Shown: positions 30,332-40,566, numbered from the stretch's first letter. The stretch is DNA of 64,000 nt from Halobacteriovoraceae bacterium (GCA_963719505.1 CAVRCF010000001.1:960001-1024000), one strand, 5' to 3'. Notes: generated by a model not told the origin, from the sequence alone. Numbers and translations are program-made.

Positions 30332-30634
30332 TTATTTTGCGTACTTTTTAATAATATCTACTTTTGATGAGATAAGCGTGGCTTTCTGCTCTGGGGTGAG
30401 GGTGATGGTTCCAAGTTTATTGCTTTGTTTTTCAATAAATGCAAGTTGTTGCTTGTAGTTAGTGCAGCACAAACATAAAAAAGTATGGAGCTTAATTTTA
30501 TACTTTAAAGAGCCAGTTAATTGGTTTTCGTTGGCAAGATAGAGGGCTGCCTGCTCACAATTGATCATTCTTTTAGACATAAAAGGAGGAATGAAGCTTG
30601 TGAGAAAATGGATTATTCTTCTTAATAAGTTCAT
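30332..30634 (-). CDS. zinc-binding (zf-HC2/ZAS) soluble anti-sigma factor
   Basis: CEQAALYL...HTFLCLCC (Hx3Cx2C); 4-nt overlap with ECF gene. Confidence 0.75.
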   Translation of the reverse strand: MNLLRRIIHFLTSFIPPFMSKRMINCEQAALYLANENQLTGSLKYKIKLHTFLCLCCTNYKQQLAFIEKQSNKLGTITLTPEQKATLISSKVDIIKKYAK

Positions 30635-31200
30635 CTTTCTAATTCATCCTTGAGGGCCAAGCGAAGATTATTTTTTGCTCTGTAAATGAGAACCCCTAAA
30701 TTAGTGCTTGTTATGTTCAATATCTTACATATATCTTCCGTCTTTTCACCTTCGATTTCTTTTAAAATAAAAGCCATTCTTTGGTTTTCTGGAAGTTTGT
30801 TAATCTCAATGGATAGAATCTCAGCAGTCTCTTTTGAGTCTAGCCAAGAGTGAGGACTAACTGGAACCTTGTAGTGCCCATCATCAGCAAATAAGTTACT
30901 TAGCTTAGATTCGTCATAATCAGCAGTGTATTTCTTATTCTCTCTGAAGGTTTCTTTGGCTTTATTATACATGATGCCAAAAAGGTATGTTCTTATATGA
31001 CTTCGACCTTCAAAATTTTCTATGCTTTCAAAAAAACTTCCCCAGGTATTTTGTACGACGACCTCGGCTTGATCCGCAGCCAATCCTTGTTTTATAGCCC
31101 CTCTAAAAAGAGCATCATGATACAAATTAACTAAATAGCTTACAGTCTCATGATCTCTATTCTTGAGAGATTTTAAAAATTGGGGTGAACTCAAATTCAT
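30631..31200 (-). CDS. ECF RNA polymerase sigma factor
   Basis: VVQNTW, FEGRSHIRTYLFGI, LPENQRMAFILKE, EDICKIL...LIYRAK. Confidence 0.92.
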   Translation of the reverse strand: MNLSSPQFLKSLKNRDHETVSYLVNLYHDALFRGAIKQGLAADQAEVVVQNTWGSFFESIENFEGRSHIRTYLFGIMYNKAKETFRENKKYTADYDESKLSNLFADDGHYKVPVSPHSWLDSKETAEILSIEINKLPENQRMAFILKEIEGEKTEDICKILNITSTNLGVLIYRAKNNLRLALKDELER

Positions 31201-31265
31201 CTAAACCTTTATTTTAAATTTAAGTATAGGGTTAGAAACTGAAAAGACAATCCGAATAAATTTAA

Positions 31266-31293
31266 ATTGGAAGGTAAATTCTTACCTTCCAAT
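31266..31293. terminator. 12-bp perfect inverted repeat, probable terminator of the lexA transcript
   Basis: ATTGGAAGGTAA-attc-TTACCTTCCAAT. Confidence 0.55.
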
Positions 31294-31378
31294 ATAAAAA
31301 TGTGTGTTTATTTCGATGGGAGTATTTTAGAAATAAAAAGTAGTAGTGTTGTGATAATAAATAAGCTCTCGAACATAT

Positions 31379-31570
31379 TTAATTATTATTTATATAGTAT
31401 TTGTTAAGAATGGCTATATTTGAATCTGAAAGTGTCAGTAGCTCTAGTATTTCTAGTGCGATATCATTTGCCGCAAAATTATCTAGTGAAAAATTTGTTT
31501 GTAGATTGTTTTTAACTTTAATTAAGAATTCGTCTTCGCAATAAAATGGTGTCTCATAAAAATTTGGCAT
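31379..31570 (-). CDS. small acidic hypothetical protein downstream of lexA
   Basis: Strong AAGGAGG RBS 7 nt before ATG. Confidence 0.55.
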   Translation of the reverse strand: MPNFYETPFYCEDEFLIKVKNNLQTNFSLDNFAANDIALEILELLTLSDSNIAILNKYYINNN

Positions 31571-31628
31571 AGTGTGTCCTCCTTGACATTGGTCAATGCT
31601 AAAAAAAATAAATGTTTGTGTTGTTTCC

Positions 31629-32237
31629 TTAGTAAGCTCGGATTAAGCCGACTAAAACCCCTTTAATCTGAAAGTTCCCATCTTTGACAATTATTGGTTT
31701 CATAGAACTATTTGCAGGATGTAATTCTATTTGTTTTGTATGCTGATAAAATCTTTTTACTGTGGCTTCGTTATCGATAACTGCAACTACAGTATCTCCG
31801 TTTTTAGCCGTATTCTGCTCTTTGACGACGATTAAGTCTCCATCAAGAATTCCATCCTCGATCATAGATTCACCAGAGATCGTTAGAGCGTAATGATTTC
31901 CATATCCAATCATTGAGCTTGGTACACTTATAGTCTCAGTGCCCTCCATTGCTTCAATAGGGCTACCCGCTGCAACCTTTCCGTGGAGAGGGATGTCGAT
32001 AACATTCTCGCTAGAACCTAGAGCTTGTGGATTGATTGGCGTAAGACCTCTTACAGAATTTGAATCGGCCTCTAAGTAACCAGAGCTTTTTAAGTACTTA
32101 ATATAGTCTTGAACCGACCCAAGAGATTTAAAACCAAAGAACTCTTGTATTTCAACTTGTGTTGGAGAAACTGAATGCTCTTCAATGTACTCGACAATGT
32201 AGTCGTAAACCTGTTTTTGTTTTTTAGTTAAGCTCAT
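31629..32237 (-). CDS. lexA: SOS repressor LexA
   Basis: LTKKQ N-terminal wHTH, VAAG cleavage site, GESM (Ser), TVKR (Lys). Confidence 0.96.
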   Translation of the reverse strand: MSLTKKQKQVYDYIVEYIEEHSVSPTQVEIQEFFGFKSLGSVQDYIKYLKSSGYLEADSNSVRGLTPINPQALGSSENVIDIPLHGKVAAGSPIEAMEGTETISVPSSMIGYGNHYALTISGESMIEDGILDGDLIVVKEQNTAKNGDTVVAVIDNEATVKRFYQHTKQIELHPANSSMKPIIVKDGNFQIKGVLVGLIRAY

Positions 32238-32254
32238 ATTTTTTCCTAGTTGAT

Positions 32255-32305
32255 TTCCGTATCATTTCCGTAGTATGTTAATACTGTATCCGTAATAATT
32301 CCGTA
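32255..32305. promoter_or_regulatory. phased direct repeats (T/A)TCCGTA x4; candidate LexA operators
   Basis: Copies at 32255, 32266, 32288, 32299 (11-bp grid) in the lexA-dinB divergent spacer. Confidence 0.65.
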
Positions 32306-32339
32306 GGTCAATAACTTTTTTTGGATAGGTTAAAAAAAA

Positions 32340-33395
32340 ATGAAGATAAGAAAGATCATACATATCGACATGGACTATTTCTTTGCTCAAGTAGAGCTGT
32401 TAGATAAACCACATCTTAAAGACAAGCCTGTGGCCATTGGGGGGATAAGTTCTAAGGGCAGAGGTGTTTTGTCGACGTGTAACTATGTTGCACGAGAATT
32501 TGGTGTCCGTTCGGCCATGCCAAGCTTTATAGCTCTTCAAAAATGTCCTAACCTTATCTTTTTAAAGTCTAATTACAGTAAGTACTCACAGATTAGTTCT
32601 CAAATTTTTGAAATTTTTAAGCGCTATACAGATACCGTGCAAGTTGTCTCTGTTGACGAAGCTTATCTCGATGTTACAGATTCACCGTTGTTTTTTAATT
32701 CTGCGACCCTTATTGCGATAGATATTCGAAGAGCAATTTTTGAGGAAACGGGTCTTACTGCAAGCGCTGGAGTGTCATTTAATAAAATGCTCGCGAAAAT
32801 CAGCTCGGAGATAAATAAACCCGACGGCCTTTTTGTCATTGATCCCGCTAGTGCAGAATCTATTATCCCAAAGTTTGATGTCGCGCTCATCAATGGTGTT
32901 GGAAAGGTGACAAAGGCGAGATTAAATGACAGCGGAATCTTTACTTTTGCCGATTTAGAAAAGTATACCAAACTTGATTTAATAAACCTGATGGGATCTT
33001 ATGGTCCAACTCTTTATAATTTTTGTCGAGGTATCGATTCAAGAGAGGTGGTGACGAGTCGACAGAGAAAGTCATTAAGTGTAGAGAGGACATTCTTCGA
33101 GGATCTTTTAGACGAAAGTGAATTGAAGCATAAACTACAAATGTGTTTTGAAGAGATGATGGAAAGATTAAAAAAGCACACGGAAAGGGTAGTAAAAACT
33201 ATCTTTATAAAAATAAAATACTCGAACTTTGAACAAACGACTATTGAGCAGGGACTTGAGACACTCACGTTTGACTCTTTCTATTCTTTATTTGAACAGA
33301 GGTTTTCACAGTGTAAGCAGAAGGTTCGCTTGCTAGGTCTTGGTGTTAAGTTTCACAGTCTTGATCAAGAAGGACAATTAGCTTTTACTCTCTAG
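32340..33395 (+). CDS. dinB: DNA polymerase IV
   Basis: IIHIDMDYFFAQVE, NYVAREFGVRSAM, SVDEAYLD, KPDG, C-terminal QLAF clamp motif. Confidence 0.96.
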   Translation: MKIRKIIHIDMDYFFAQVELLDKPHLKDKPVAIGGISSKGRGVLSTCNYVAREFGVRSAMPSFIALQKCPNLIFLKSNYSKYSQISSQIFEIFKRYTDTVQVVSVDEAYLDVTDSPLFFNSATLIAIDIRRAIFEETGLTASAGVSFNKMLAKISSEINKPDGLFVIDPASAESIIPKFDVALINGVGKVTKARLNDSGIFTFADLEKYTKLDLINLMGSYGPTLYNFCRGIDSREVVTSRQRKSLSVERTFFEDLLDESELKHKLQMCFEEMMERLKKHTERVVKTIFIKIKYSNFEQTTIEQGLETLTFDSFYSLFEQRFSQCKQKVRLLGLGVKFHSLDQEGQLAFTL

Positions 33396-34100
33396 TTTTT
33401 TTGAAATAGAGTCAAAAAGTAAACCGATCGAGGCTCCCATTGAGTCAAAGACTTGGCCTACAGAAATAGATTTATTTAAAAGCCAGTGATCAGTTTCGCT
33501 TGAGTAGTAATAGCTTAGCACGGTACTTTTATCATTTACTTCTGTAATGGTGTATTTAGCAAAAGCTTTCTTAAAAGCTGAGTCTTGCTTTAGGGGATTT
33601 TCAACGAGAGCTTTTGCTTTCTTATCTGTAAGCATCTCTTGGGTAATTGTGAGAATCCTTTTACCGGAGCTATTTTTTGTCTCATAGACACGAACTAAGT
33701 CCATATGAGAGAAGCTTTCTCTATTATAAATTCGTCTTGCTATAAGGTAGCGATCAATTTCATCTTTTTCTTTTACGAAAGCTTTAGTGACTTTGTAGAC
33801 CTTCGACTCGACAAGGTTACTGTTGTGGTAGGGACATACATATTTTTTATCAGTGAGTTCTCTTTTGTCTTTTAGTTCATTATTGCACTTCTCTGTAAAG
33901 TTAGAGACTGCGGCTACAACGCTTTCAAAAGGAGCTGGAAATACTTGGGATAAGTTGCCTTGATAAAATCGATTACTATCTTTCTTGCCTGAAATCATTT
34001 TAACTTTAGTTTCTTCATGAGTCTCTTTGTCATCAACTTCATATGAGGAATAGTCAGCAAAGGCTGATAGCGATATAAGCACAAGAGAAAGTAGCTTCAT
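33378..34100 (-). CDS. secreted hypothetical protein
   Basis: Signal peptide SAFA; GGAG RBS. Confidence 0.65.
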   Translation of the reverse strand: MKLLSLVLISLSAFADYSSYEVDDKETHEETKVKMISGKKDSNRFYQGNLSQVFPAPFESVVAAVSNFTEKCNNELKDKRELTDKKYVCPYHNSNLVESKVYKVTKAFVKEKDEIDRYLIARRIYNRESFSHMDLVRVYETKNSSGKRILTITQEMLTDKKAKALVENPLKQDSAFKKAFAKYTITEVNDKSTVLSYYYSSETDHWLLNKSISVGQVFDSMGASIGLLFDSISKKLESKS

Positions 34101-34139
34101 AGGTTTAACTCCGTTTGTATTATTAAAAGAAAAATTCTA

Positions 34140-34484
34140 TCAGAAAACTCTGTTGATAGTAAGGTGACCACTTATTTGCTTGGTTAATTCTGAGTAAAAT
34201 TCTCCGAGCTCTTCGTTCAAACAAGAAGGGTCAAGTTCTAGGATAGCGATGACATTGAGAACCTGAAAATGCTCTTCGAAACTCTCAGTAAATTGATTAA
34301 GCTTTTGATCTTCAGCTCTTTGTTCTGTTAATTTATTGAGCTCAAAGCGAAAATTTTCTAAATCTTGAATTATTTCTTGGCGACTGACACGAATGATCTT
34401 TCTGCGTTGGAAAAAATAATAAATTCCTCCCAAGGTTGCTAATATACCAATATCAATAAGAATGCTCATCATCGGGCTCATCAA
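34140..34484 (-). CDS. hypothetical membrane-anchored protein
   Basis: Single N-terminal TM followed by QRRK. Confidence 0.6.
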   Translation of the reverse strand: MMSPMMSILIDIGILATLGGIYYFFQRRKIIRVSRQEIIQDLENFRFELNKLTEQRAEDQKLNQFTESFEEHFQVLNVIAILELDPSCLNEELGEFYSELTKQISGHLTINRVF

Positions 34485-34590
34485 TAAAATTCCTTTGTCT
34501 GCCTGTGTCCAAGCAAAGGTTATCTAAAAAAGAGTTAATTTACCATCTGAAACTACCGATATAGTGAGTGAGCGATAAAAAAGAGGTATT

Positions 34591-34839
34591 ATGTCATATT
34601 TTGCTAGAGGTTTAAGAGACCTTCTAAGAACAACTCAATTAAACGAAGAATTTTTTCAAGATTTAGATAGTTTTCAAAAGAATTTCATAGACATGTGCTT
34701 TAAGCAAAGCTTAGATGAGAAAATGGGAATGATGGGAGATGTTGAAAGTTACAACTATCATCTTTTTCAAGAGTTTAGGCTGAGGGAATTTGAAACTCAA
34801 TTTGGTTTAGAAGAGAACTACTGGAAGAAGACCGCTTAG
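34591..34839 (+). CDS. small hypothetical protein
   Basis: GAGG RBS; upstream TAAT-N15-ACCGATAT. Confidence 0.65.
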   Translation: MSYFARGLRDLLRTTQLNEEFFQDLDSFQKNFIDMCFKQSLDEKMGMMGDVESYNYHLFQEFRLREFETQFGLEENYWKKTA

Positions 34840-35708
34840 GAAATCTTTTCAAAACGAAGGTCGAGCTTAGACTTGTAGAATTTCATTTCTGTGTCAACGC
34901 CGACCATCTCGCCCGCTTCAATTTTTTTCCATACATTGACACCCGAGAGTTTTTCACTTGAGAGAATAAGGTGATTGACCAATCCGTCTTCCCCCGGTGC
35001 AGCTTCACAATTATTAGCATAGAAGGGACAGTGATCTCTTTCAGGACAAACAGTTTTGTAGGTACAATAGTAGAGGTCTTGACCACCATTGACGGCAATC
35101 ATTTTTTTTCCATTGGTTAGAATAAATGAGAAGTAATTCTCTGTTGGTGTTGGATCATTCCTGTGAGTGGGAATCCCAGTTATTGCAGTTATTTTTCTCA
35201 ACGCTTTATTGATATAGAGCTTCATCTGCTCAAGTGGAATATGGTGATCTTTCAAAGAGTGATTCTCTTTTATAAAGGTGAGAATAATATAGAAAATAAT
35301 CTCACTATCTGTTGTTCCCAAAATATATCTTCTTAGCTCAAGGTCTACCAATTTTAAAAGCTCTTCTTTTTTATCTTCGAAATTTTTAATATTTCCATTG
35401 TGAGCAAAAATCCATTTACCATACTGGAAGGGATGGGAGTTTAAAATTGTCTGGTTTCCTTGGGTTGCTTTCCTAATATGGGCAAGGACTGTGTTGGAGC
35501 TGACGACGCCGGAGACCTTATGGAAGAGCTGGTCTTCCATGGCGCAATTTGTAGATCTTATGAGGTGAGGAGTCTCCTCAACATAATAGCCCACTCCCCA
35601 GCCATCGGGATGCTTTTGTGAGAGGTCATGGAGGGTATTATCTGCTTCCACTAAACTTGAGTGAACTTGGCTTGTAATGACGGAATGGAAAGCGAACAGT
35701 CTACACAT
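34836..35708 (-). CDS. class II glutamine amidotransferase (YafJ/EgtC-like)
   Basis: MCRL, HPDGWG, AHIRKAT, HPF, FAHNG, GTTDSE. Confidence 0.92.
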   Translation of the reverse strand: MCRLFAFHSVITSQVHSSLVEADNTLHDLSQKHPDGWGVGYYVEETPHLIRSTNCAMEDQLFHKVSGVVSSNTVLAHIRKATQGNQTILNSHPFQYGKWIFAHNGNIKNFEDKKEELLKLVDLELRRYILGTTDSEIIFYIILTFIKENHSLKDHHIPLEQMKLYINKALRKITAITGIPTHRNDPTPTENYFSFILTNGKKMIAVNGGQDLYYCTYKTVCPERDHCPFYANNCEAAPGEDGLVNHLILSSEKLSGVNVWKKIEAGEMVGVDTEMKFYKSKLDLRFEKIS

Positions 35709-35784
35709 GTTATAAGTGTGTCAAAGTTCAAGAAATTATCAAGCTTGAAAATCTGACCGAGTAGCTAATATCAGTGACTTATGT

Positions 35785-37536
35785 ATGATGTTAACTAAAG
35801 GAACTTTAATGAGAAAACTAATACCTTTACTACTTTTTGTAGCAGCAATTTTTGTTGGGCTAAACTTTAGAAAGTCACTCTTTCCGAAAAGTATACCAAA
35901 TACACTGGATTTAGTCGTCGCGAATCAAGTTAAATCATTTGATCCGGCAATTGCCTTCAATGATGATTCATTGTCTGTGGTGGGGCAGTCTCTCGATACT
36001 CTTTATCAATACCACTATTTGAAAAGACCCTACGAGATCATTCCCTCTCTTGCTGAGGGAATGCCATTGATTTCAGATAATGGTAAAAGGTACACAATAA
36101 AAATCAAAAAAAATATTCTCTATCATCAAAAGACTCCATTTTTTGAGGGGAAGAGAATGGTAGAGGCCCGCGATTTTGAACTTCAAATTAAACGATTAGC
36201 TTTTGCTCCAGTGAAAAGTGTCGGCTCTTGGTTGTTCTCTGGAAAAATTGAAGGTTTTGATGATTTTACAAAGGAAGTAGGAGATAATCAGGATCTTTTT
36301 TATAAAACGAAAATGAAAGGTGTGAGCGTTTTAGATAAGCAAACAATTCAAATCGATCTTGTTAAGCCTGAGCCCAATCTTTTGTATTTTTTATGCATGA
36401 CTTTTACTTCTCCAACTCCCGAAGAGCTTTTGAAGAAATACAATAATGACCTTTCAAAAGTTTTAGTTGGTACTGGTGCATATTATCTTTCTAAAATGAC
36501 AAAAAAGAAATATGTCTTTGAAAGAAATGATCAGTTCAGAGAAGAACAATATCCAAGCACCGGTGATCGCTTTGCCAATACGCAAGACCTTTTGCGCTCA
36601 TCAAGTGAGAGGCTTCCTTTTATTGATGAGATAACATTCCATGTTGCCGACTCGGAAACTGAGGCTTGGGATATGTTTATGGAGGGTGAACTCGATATTC
36701 TGAGTGTGCCTAAAAAGTTTCTTTCAGAAGTTTCAAGTGATATTGAAGCTTTCGATAAACTCAAAGAAGAAAAAGGGTTCATGAGTAAATATTCGACGAC
36801 GATTTCTTCGCGTTGGCTTGGCTTTAATATGCAAGACCCTGTTCTTGGAAGTAATATCAATCTTAGAAAGGCGATTGCCCACGCTATAGACTTCGATAAA
36901 TATATTGAAATAATGTCTAATAACACGAATCTTAAAGCAAACTCTATCTACAACCCAAGCATTCCAGGTTATGACCCAAGCTATAAGAAGTCTTATCATT
37001 ACGACCTAAAAAAAGCGAAAAAGTACTTAAAGAAATCTAATATTGACCTTTCTAAATATACCCTTATTTATTCCACTCGTGGAGATCAACTTATCAATTT
37101 CAACGAAGCAGAGTTTATTAAAAATCAGCTAAGTTTAATTGGTATAAAGGTTAAAATTCAAATACTAACCTTTACTGAATTTATTAAAATGGGAAGGGCC
37201 GGAAAGCTTCAATTTTTTACAGATCAATGGATTTATGACTACCCTGATGCTGAAAATGTTTTGCAATTATTGATTTCAAAAAATGCTCCTGGAATTAACA
37301 AAAGTGGATACAAAAATAAAAGAGTTGATACGCTTTATCAAAAACTCTCATATACTTTAGATAGGGAAGAGAGATTTGAGATCATGAAAGATATTGAAAA
37401 AATAGTTGATAACGAACTTCCCTGGATAATGCTGATGTATGAGAGCTCTTATGTCTTGCACTCCAGAAGTTTGCAAAATTTTCGGCGCTCCTTTTTCATA
37501 AGAAATTATTTAAAATACCTTAAGAAAAAGTTATAG
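35785..37536 (+). CDS. peptide/nickel ABC transporter substrate-binding protein (family 5)
   Basis: SFDPA, LYQYHYLKRPY, VGTGAY, LRKAIAHAID, WIYDYPDAEN. Confidence 0.9.
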   Translation: MMLTKGTLMRKLIPLLLFVAAIFVGLNFRKSLFPKSIPNTLDLVVANQVKSFDPAIAFNDDSLSVVGQSLDTLYQYHYLKRPYEIIPSLAEGMPLISDNGKRYTIKIKKNILYHQKTPFFEGKRMVEARDFELQIKRLAFAPVKSVGSWLFSGKIEGFDDFTKEVGDNQDLFYKTKMKGVSVLDKQTIQIDLVKPEPNLLYFLCMTFTSPTPEELLKKYNNDLSKVLVGTGAYYLSKMTKKKYVFERNDQFREEQYPSTGDRFANTQDLLRSSSERLPFIDEITFHVADSETEAWDMFMEGELDILSVPKKFLSEVSSDIEAFDKLKEEKGFMSKYSTTISSRWLGFNMQDPVLGSNINLRKAIAHAIDFDKYIEIMSNNTNLKANSIYNPSIPGYDPSYKKSYHYDLKKAKKYLKKSNIDLSKYTLIYSTRGDQLINFNEAEFIKNQLSLIGIKVKIQILTFTEFIKMGRAGKLQFFTDQWIYDYPDAENVLQLLISKNAPGINKSGYKNKRVDTLYQKLSYTLDREERFEIMKDIEKIVDNELPWIMLMYESSYVLHSRSLQNFRRSFFIRNYLKYLKKKL

Positions 37537-37649
37537 TATCTTCCGTCTAAGTGGTTAATAATAAACCAATTAGTGTCACTCTGACACTTTTTCAGAACTT
37601 GCTTTTGAACATTTAATAATCTAGATTATCTATAAATCGAAGATGTTTT

Positions 37650-38714
37650 TTGTACGTGACCAAAGGTAAATTCATGAAGATTATAATCTGTTTAATTGTC
37701 TGTTTAATAAGTACTGCAAGTTTTGGAAAGACAATTAGTTTAATGAACTATAATGCAGAGAACTTATTTGATACTACCCACGATCAAGGAAAAGAAGATT
37801 ACACATACCTGCCCTTGAAAATTAAACAAGCGTCTGAAGAAATTCAAAATTACTGTAATGGTCTAAGTGTAGAATCTTGGAAAAATGATTGTCTTTACAC
37901 AGATTACAGCGAAGAAGTTTTAAAAGTAAAAATTCAAAACTTAGCGAAAGTTATCCGAACCTATAATAAGGGCAGAGGTGCAGATATTGTCGTTCTACAG
38001 GAAGTTGAAAATTTAAATGTTTTAAAAATTTTAGTAAATACGGGCTTAAAGAACCTAGGTTATAAGTATATTGCTCTTGTTGAAGGTCCTGATAGCAGAG
38101 GGATTGATGTTGGAGTGTTGAGTAAGTATCCGGTTGAATCTAAAAAACTGCATGAGATCGATTTAAGTCACCTAGGGCAATCGACTCGCGGAATCCTAGA
38201 GGTGAATCTAAAAATCGATAGGAAGACAGTTACCGTGTTTGGAAATCACTGGCCGAGTCAGCACAACCCTTCAGAAGCTAGATTCGCTGCCTCGGAAAAG
38301 TTAAAGCAGTTGGCCCATGACAGTCAAAGCAATATCGTTATCGCAACTGGAGACTTCAATACGACACCCAAAGACATACCAAACGGAATCAATAACCTTT
38401 CAGATACATTTATAGACGTAGAAAGACAGGCCCGCATGAGAATCTTTAAAAATCTTTGGGCTGGGACTCATTGGTATAAAGGTGAGTGGGGCTCTCTTGA
38501 CAGAATTTTTGTCAAAAGAGACTTTCATAATGCGAAGTTAAAGTTTAGATCTTTTCATATCTTGGCTTATAAATTTTTACTTGCACCAAAGACTTTAACT
38601 GACCTTGAGACTGGGGAAGTTTCAGTTTATCAAAATGTTCCAAATAGTTTTAGCATTGAAAATAAAACGGGATTTTCGGATCATCTACCAATCGTTTTTA
38701 AGTTTAAGCTTTAA
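37650..38714 (+). CDS. secreted endonuclease/exonuclease/phosphatase (start probably 37674)
   Basis: YNAENLFD, LQEVEN, NHWPS, GDFN, LDRI, GFSDHLP. Confidence 0.9.
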   Translation: MYVTKGKFMKIIICLIVCLISTASFGKTISLMNYNAENLFDTTHDQGKEDYTYLPLKIKQASEEIQNYCNGLSVESWKNDCLYTDYSEEVLKVKIQNLAKVIRTYNKGRGADIVVLQEVENLNVLKILVNTGLKNLGYKYIALVEGPDSRGIDVGVLSKYPVESKKLHEIDLSHLGQSTRGILEVNLKIDRKTVTVFGNHWPSQHNPSEARFAASEKLKQLAHDSQSNIVIATGDFNTTPKDIPNGINNLSDTFIDVERQARMRIFKNLWAGTHWYKGEWGSLDRIFVKRDFHNAKLKFRSFHILAYKFLLAPKTLTDLETGEVSVYQNVPNSFSIENKTGFSDHLPIVFKFKL

Positions 38715-39102
38715 TCTCAATTTTCAAAACAACTGATATTTTTGAAATCAATGCCCTTACACTTGTGGGCTTAGTGATAATATGGCGCAAGCCAAGCTCT
38801 ATAATCTCATTTACTCGAGGACCAGTTACCTCTCCGGACATCACAATTATTTTTGTTTGGGAGGCCTTGGGATCCATTAAGACATTTTTAATAAAGTTTA
38901 TACCATCCATTTTAGGCATATTGAGATCGGTAATTATGAGATCAAAGCTTTGATTTCTCATTTTCAAGATCGCCTCCGCGCCATCACTGGAAGCAGTAAC
39001 CGACGAAAAAACTTTGAGATCATTTAAAACTTCTGTTATTAAGTCCCTAATTTCACTATCATCTTCTACTAATAAAACATTAAAATCGCTTTTCTTACCC
39101 AT
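38704..39102 (-). CDS. single-domain response regulator (CheY-like)
   Basis: LLVEDD, TDLNMPKMDG, MSG, KP. Confidence 0.9.
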   Translation of the reverse strand: MGKKSDFNVLLVEDDSEIRDLITEVLNDLKVFSSVTASSDGAEAILKMRNQSFDLIITDLNMPKMDGINFIKNVLMDPKASQTKIIVMSGEVTGPRVNEIIELGLRHIITKPTSVRALISKISVVLKIEIKA

Positions 39103-39226
39103 GCGTTCTAGTCACCTTTAAAAACTAACTTTTTCTAACCTTCGTTCAATTTTAAATTCTTTTCGATTTTCATTTATTATACTGATCCTCTGAAATAAAT
39201 AAATAACAAAAGACACGGAGGTTCCT

Positions 39227-40489
39227 TTGAAAAATATTATCAGTAGCGCTCTTGTATTAATTTCTCTTAATGCGGTAGCGGGTTTTAATTTAACCAAAAC
39301 AACAACGATACCATCACTAGACGTCTACAAAATGCATGATCAAGACGTATTGAATGAAAAGCTTGGAAATGCTCCACGTTTTGCTATTGAGCATGATGTT
39401 GACACTAAAAGCGAAAATGGTAAGTGGATTGAGCAAGGATCTTACTTAATAAAAAGAGAGCGAATCTCTGCTCCTAACTCTGTTTCAATTAATATTGCGA
39501 TGGATTTCAAAATGACTGAGAATTCAGTTGTTAGAATTTACTCAAGAGATATGACACAAACGATTCGGGATTTTACAGCGAATGACAATAACTCCGCTAA
39601 CGAGCTTTGGTCGCCAGTTGTTATGTCTGACGATATTATTGTTGAGCTTGTCGCTCCTAAAGCAGAAGCTGCAAAGGTAGTCTTTAACGTAAAACAAATT
39701 AACCAAGGTTATAGAACATTTTCTCAAACAACTCTAAAGTCTGGATCATGTAATGTTGATGTTGCCTGTACTGAAAGTGTAGGTTGGGAAAATGAAGTTA
39801 ACTCTGTTGGTGTCATCTCAACAGGTGGTTCAACTTTTTGTACAGGTTTTATGGTTAACAACACCTCAAATGATAGAACTCCTTACTTTATGACGGCTAA
39901 CCACTGTCGAATTAACTCTAGAAACGCACAAAGTTTAGTTGTTTATTGGAACTATCAGGCTTCATCATGTGGTGGTAGACGTGACGGATCAAAAGTCCAA
40001 TTTAACACTGGAAGCCAATTTTTATCTGCAAGTAGCAAGAGTGATTTTGCTCTAGTAAAACTTAATCAGCAACCGGAACCAAGCTTTAATGTTACCTATG
40101 CAGGATGGGATAGATCTGGAGTCGATGCAACAAGTGCTACGGCCATTCACCACCCAGCGACAGATGAAAAGTCAATCAGCTTTGAGTATGAGCCGACAAC
40201 GATTACAAATTACCTAGGAGAAGACATTCCTGGAGATTCAACTCACGTTAGAGTAGAAGACTGGGATGTTGGAACGACAGAGCCTGGTTCAAGTGGATCT
40301 CCGTTATTTGATCAAAACCACCGTGTTATTGGTCAGCTTCATGGTGGTTACGCATCATGTTCAAGCCAAACTTCAGATTGGTATGGAAGAATTTTTACGT
40401 CTTGGGATGGAGATGGAAGTTCAAGCTCAAGACTGAGAGATCATCTTGACGCTGCCGGAACAGGTGACTTAACAACAGATACTCTTTAA
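39227..40489 (+). CDS. secreted S1 serine protease (lysyl endopeptidase-like)
   Basis: Signal and pro-region, TANHC, SDFAL, IHHP, TEPGSSGSP. Confidence 0.9.
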   Translation: MKNIISSALVLISLNAVAGFNLTKTTTIPSLDVYKMHDQDVLNEKLGNAPRFAIEHDVDTKSENGKWIEQGSYLIKRERISAPNSVSINIAMDFKMTENSVVRIYSRDMTQTIRDFTANDNNSANELWSPVVMSDDIIVELVAPKAEAAKVVFNVKQINQGYRTFSQTTLKSGSCNVDVACTESVGWENEVNSVGVISTGGSTFCTGFMVNNTSNDRTPYFMTANHCRINSRNAQSLVVYWNYQASSCGGRRDGSKVQFNTGSQFLSASSKSDFALVKLNQQPEPSFNVTYAGWDRSGVDATSATAIHHPATDEKSISFEYEPTTITNYLGEDIPGDSTHVRVEDWDVGTTEPGSSGSPLFDQNHRVIGQLHGGYASCSSQTSDWYGRIFTSWDGDGSSSSRLRDHLDAAGTGDLTTDTL

Positions 40490-40501
40490 TTTAAATACGA
40501 C

Positions 40502-40535
40502 AAAGCCCTCCGATATCTCGGAGGGTTTTTCTTTT
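40502..40535 (+). terminator. intrinsic terminator
   Basis: CCCTCCGA-tatc-TCGGAGGG followed by TTTTTCTTTT. Confidence 0.85.
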
Positions 40536-40566
40536 CAGCTTCCTTAATCTTTCGTAAAATACCTGC

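Noticed and set aside
30332-31200. ECF sigma/ZAS anti-sigma pair as a novelty
   Set aside because: A well-known arrangement; recorded as features only
22570-33395. lexA-imuA-imuB-dnaE2 mutagenesis cassette
   Set aside because: The DnaE is replicative type (intact PHP motif, QVNLF clamp motif, C-terminal domain); the Y-family gene has an intact DinB catalytic site; no imuA; the genes are not contiguous
40510-40517. TCCGATAT as a sigma28 -10 box
   Set aside because: It is part of the terminator stem-loop
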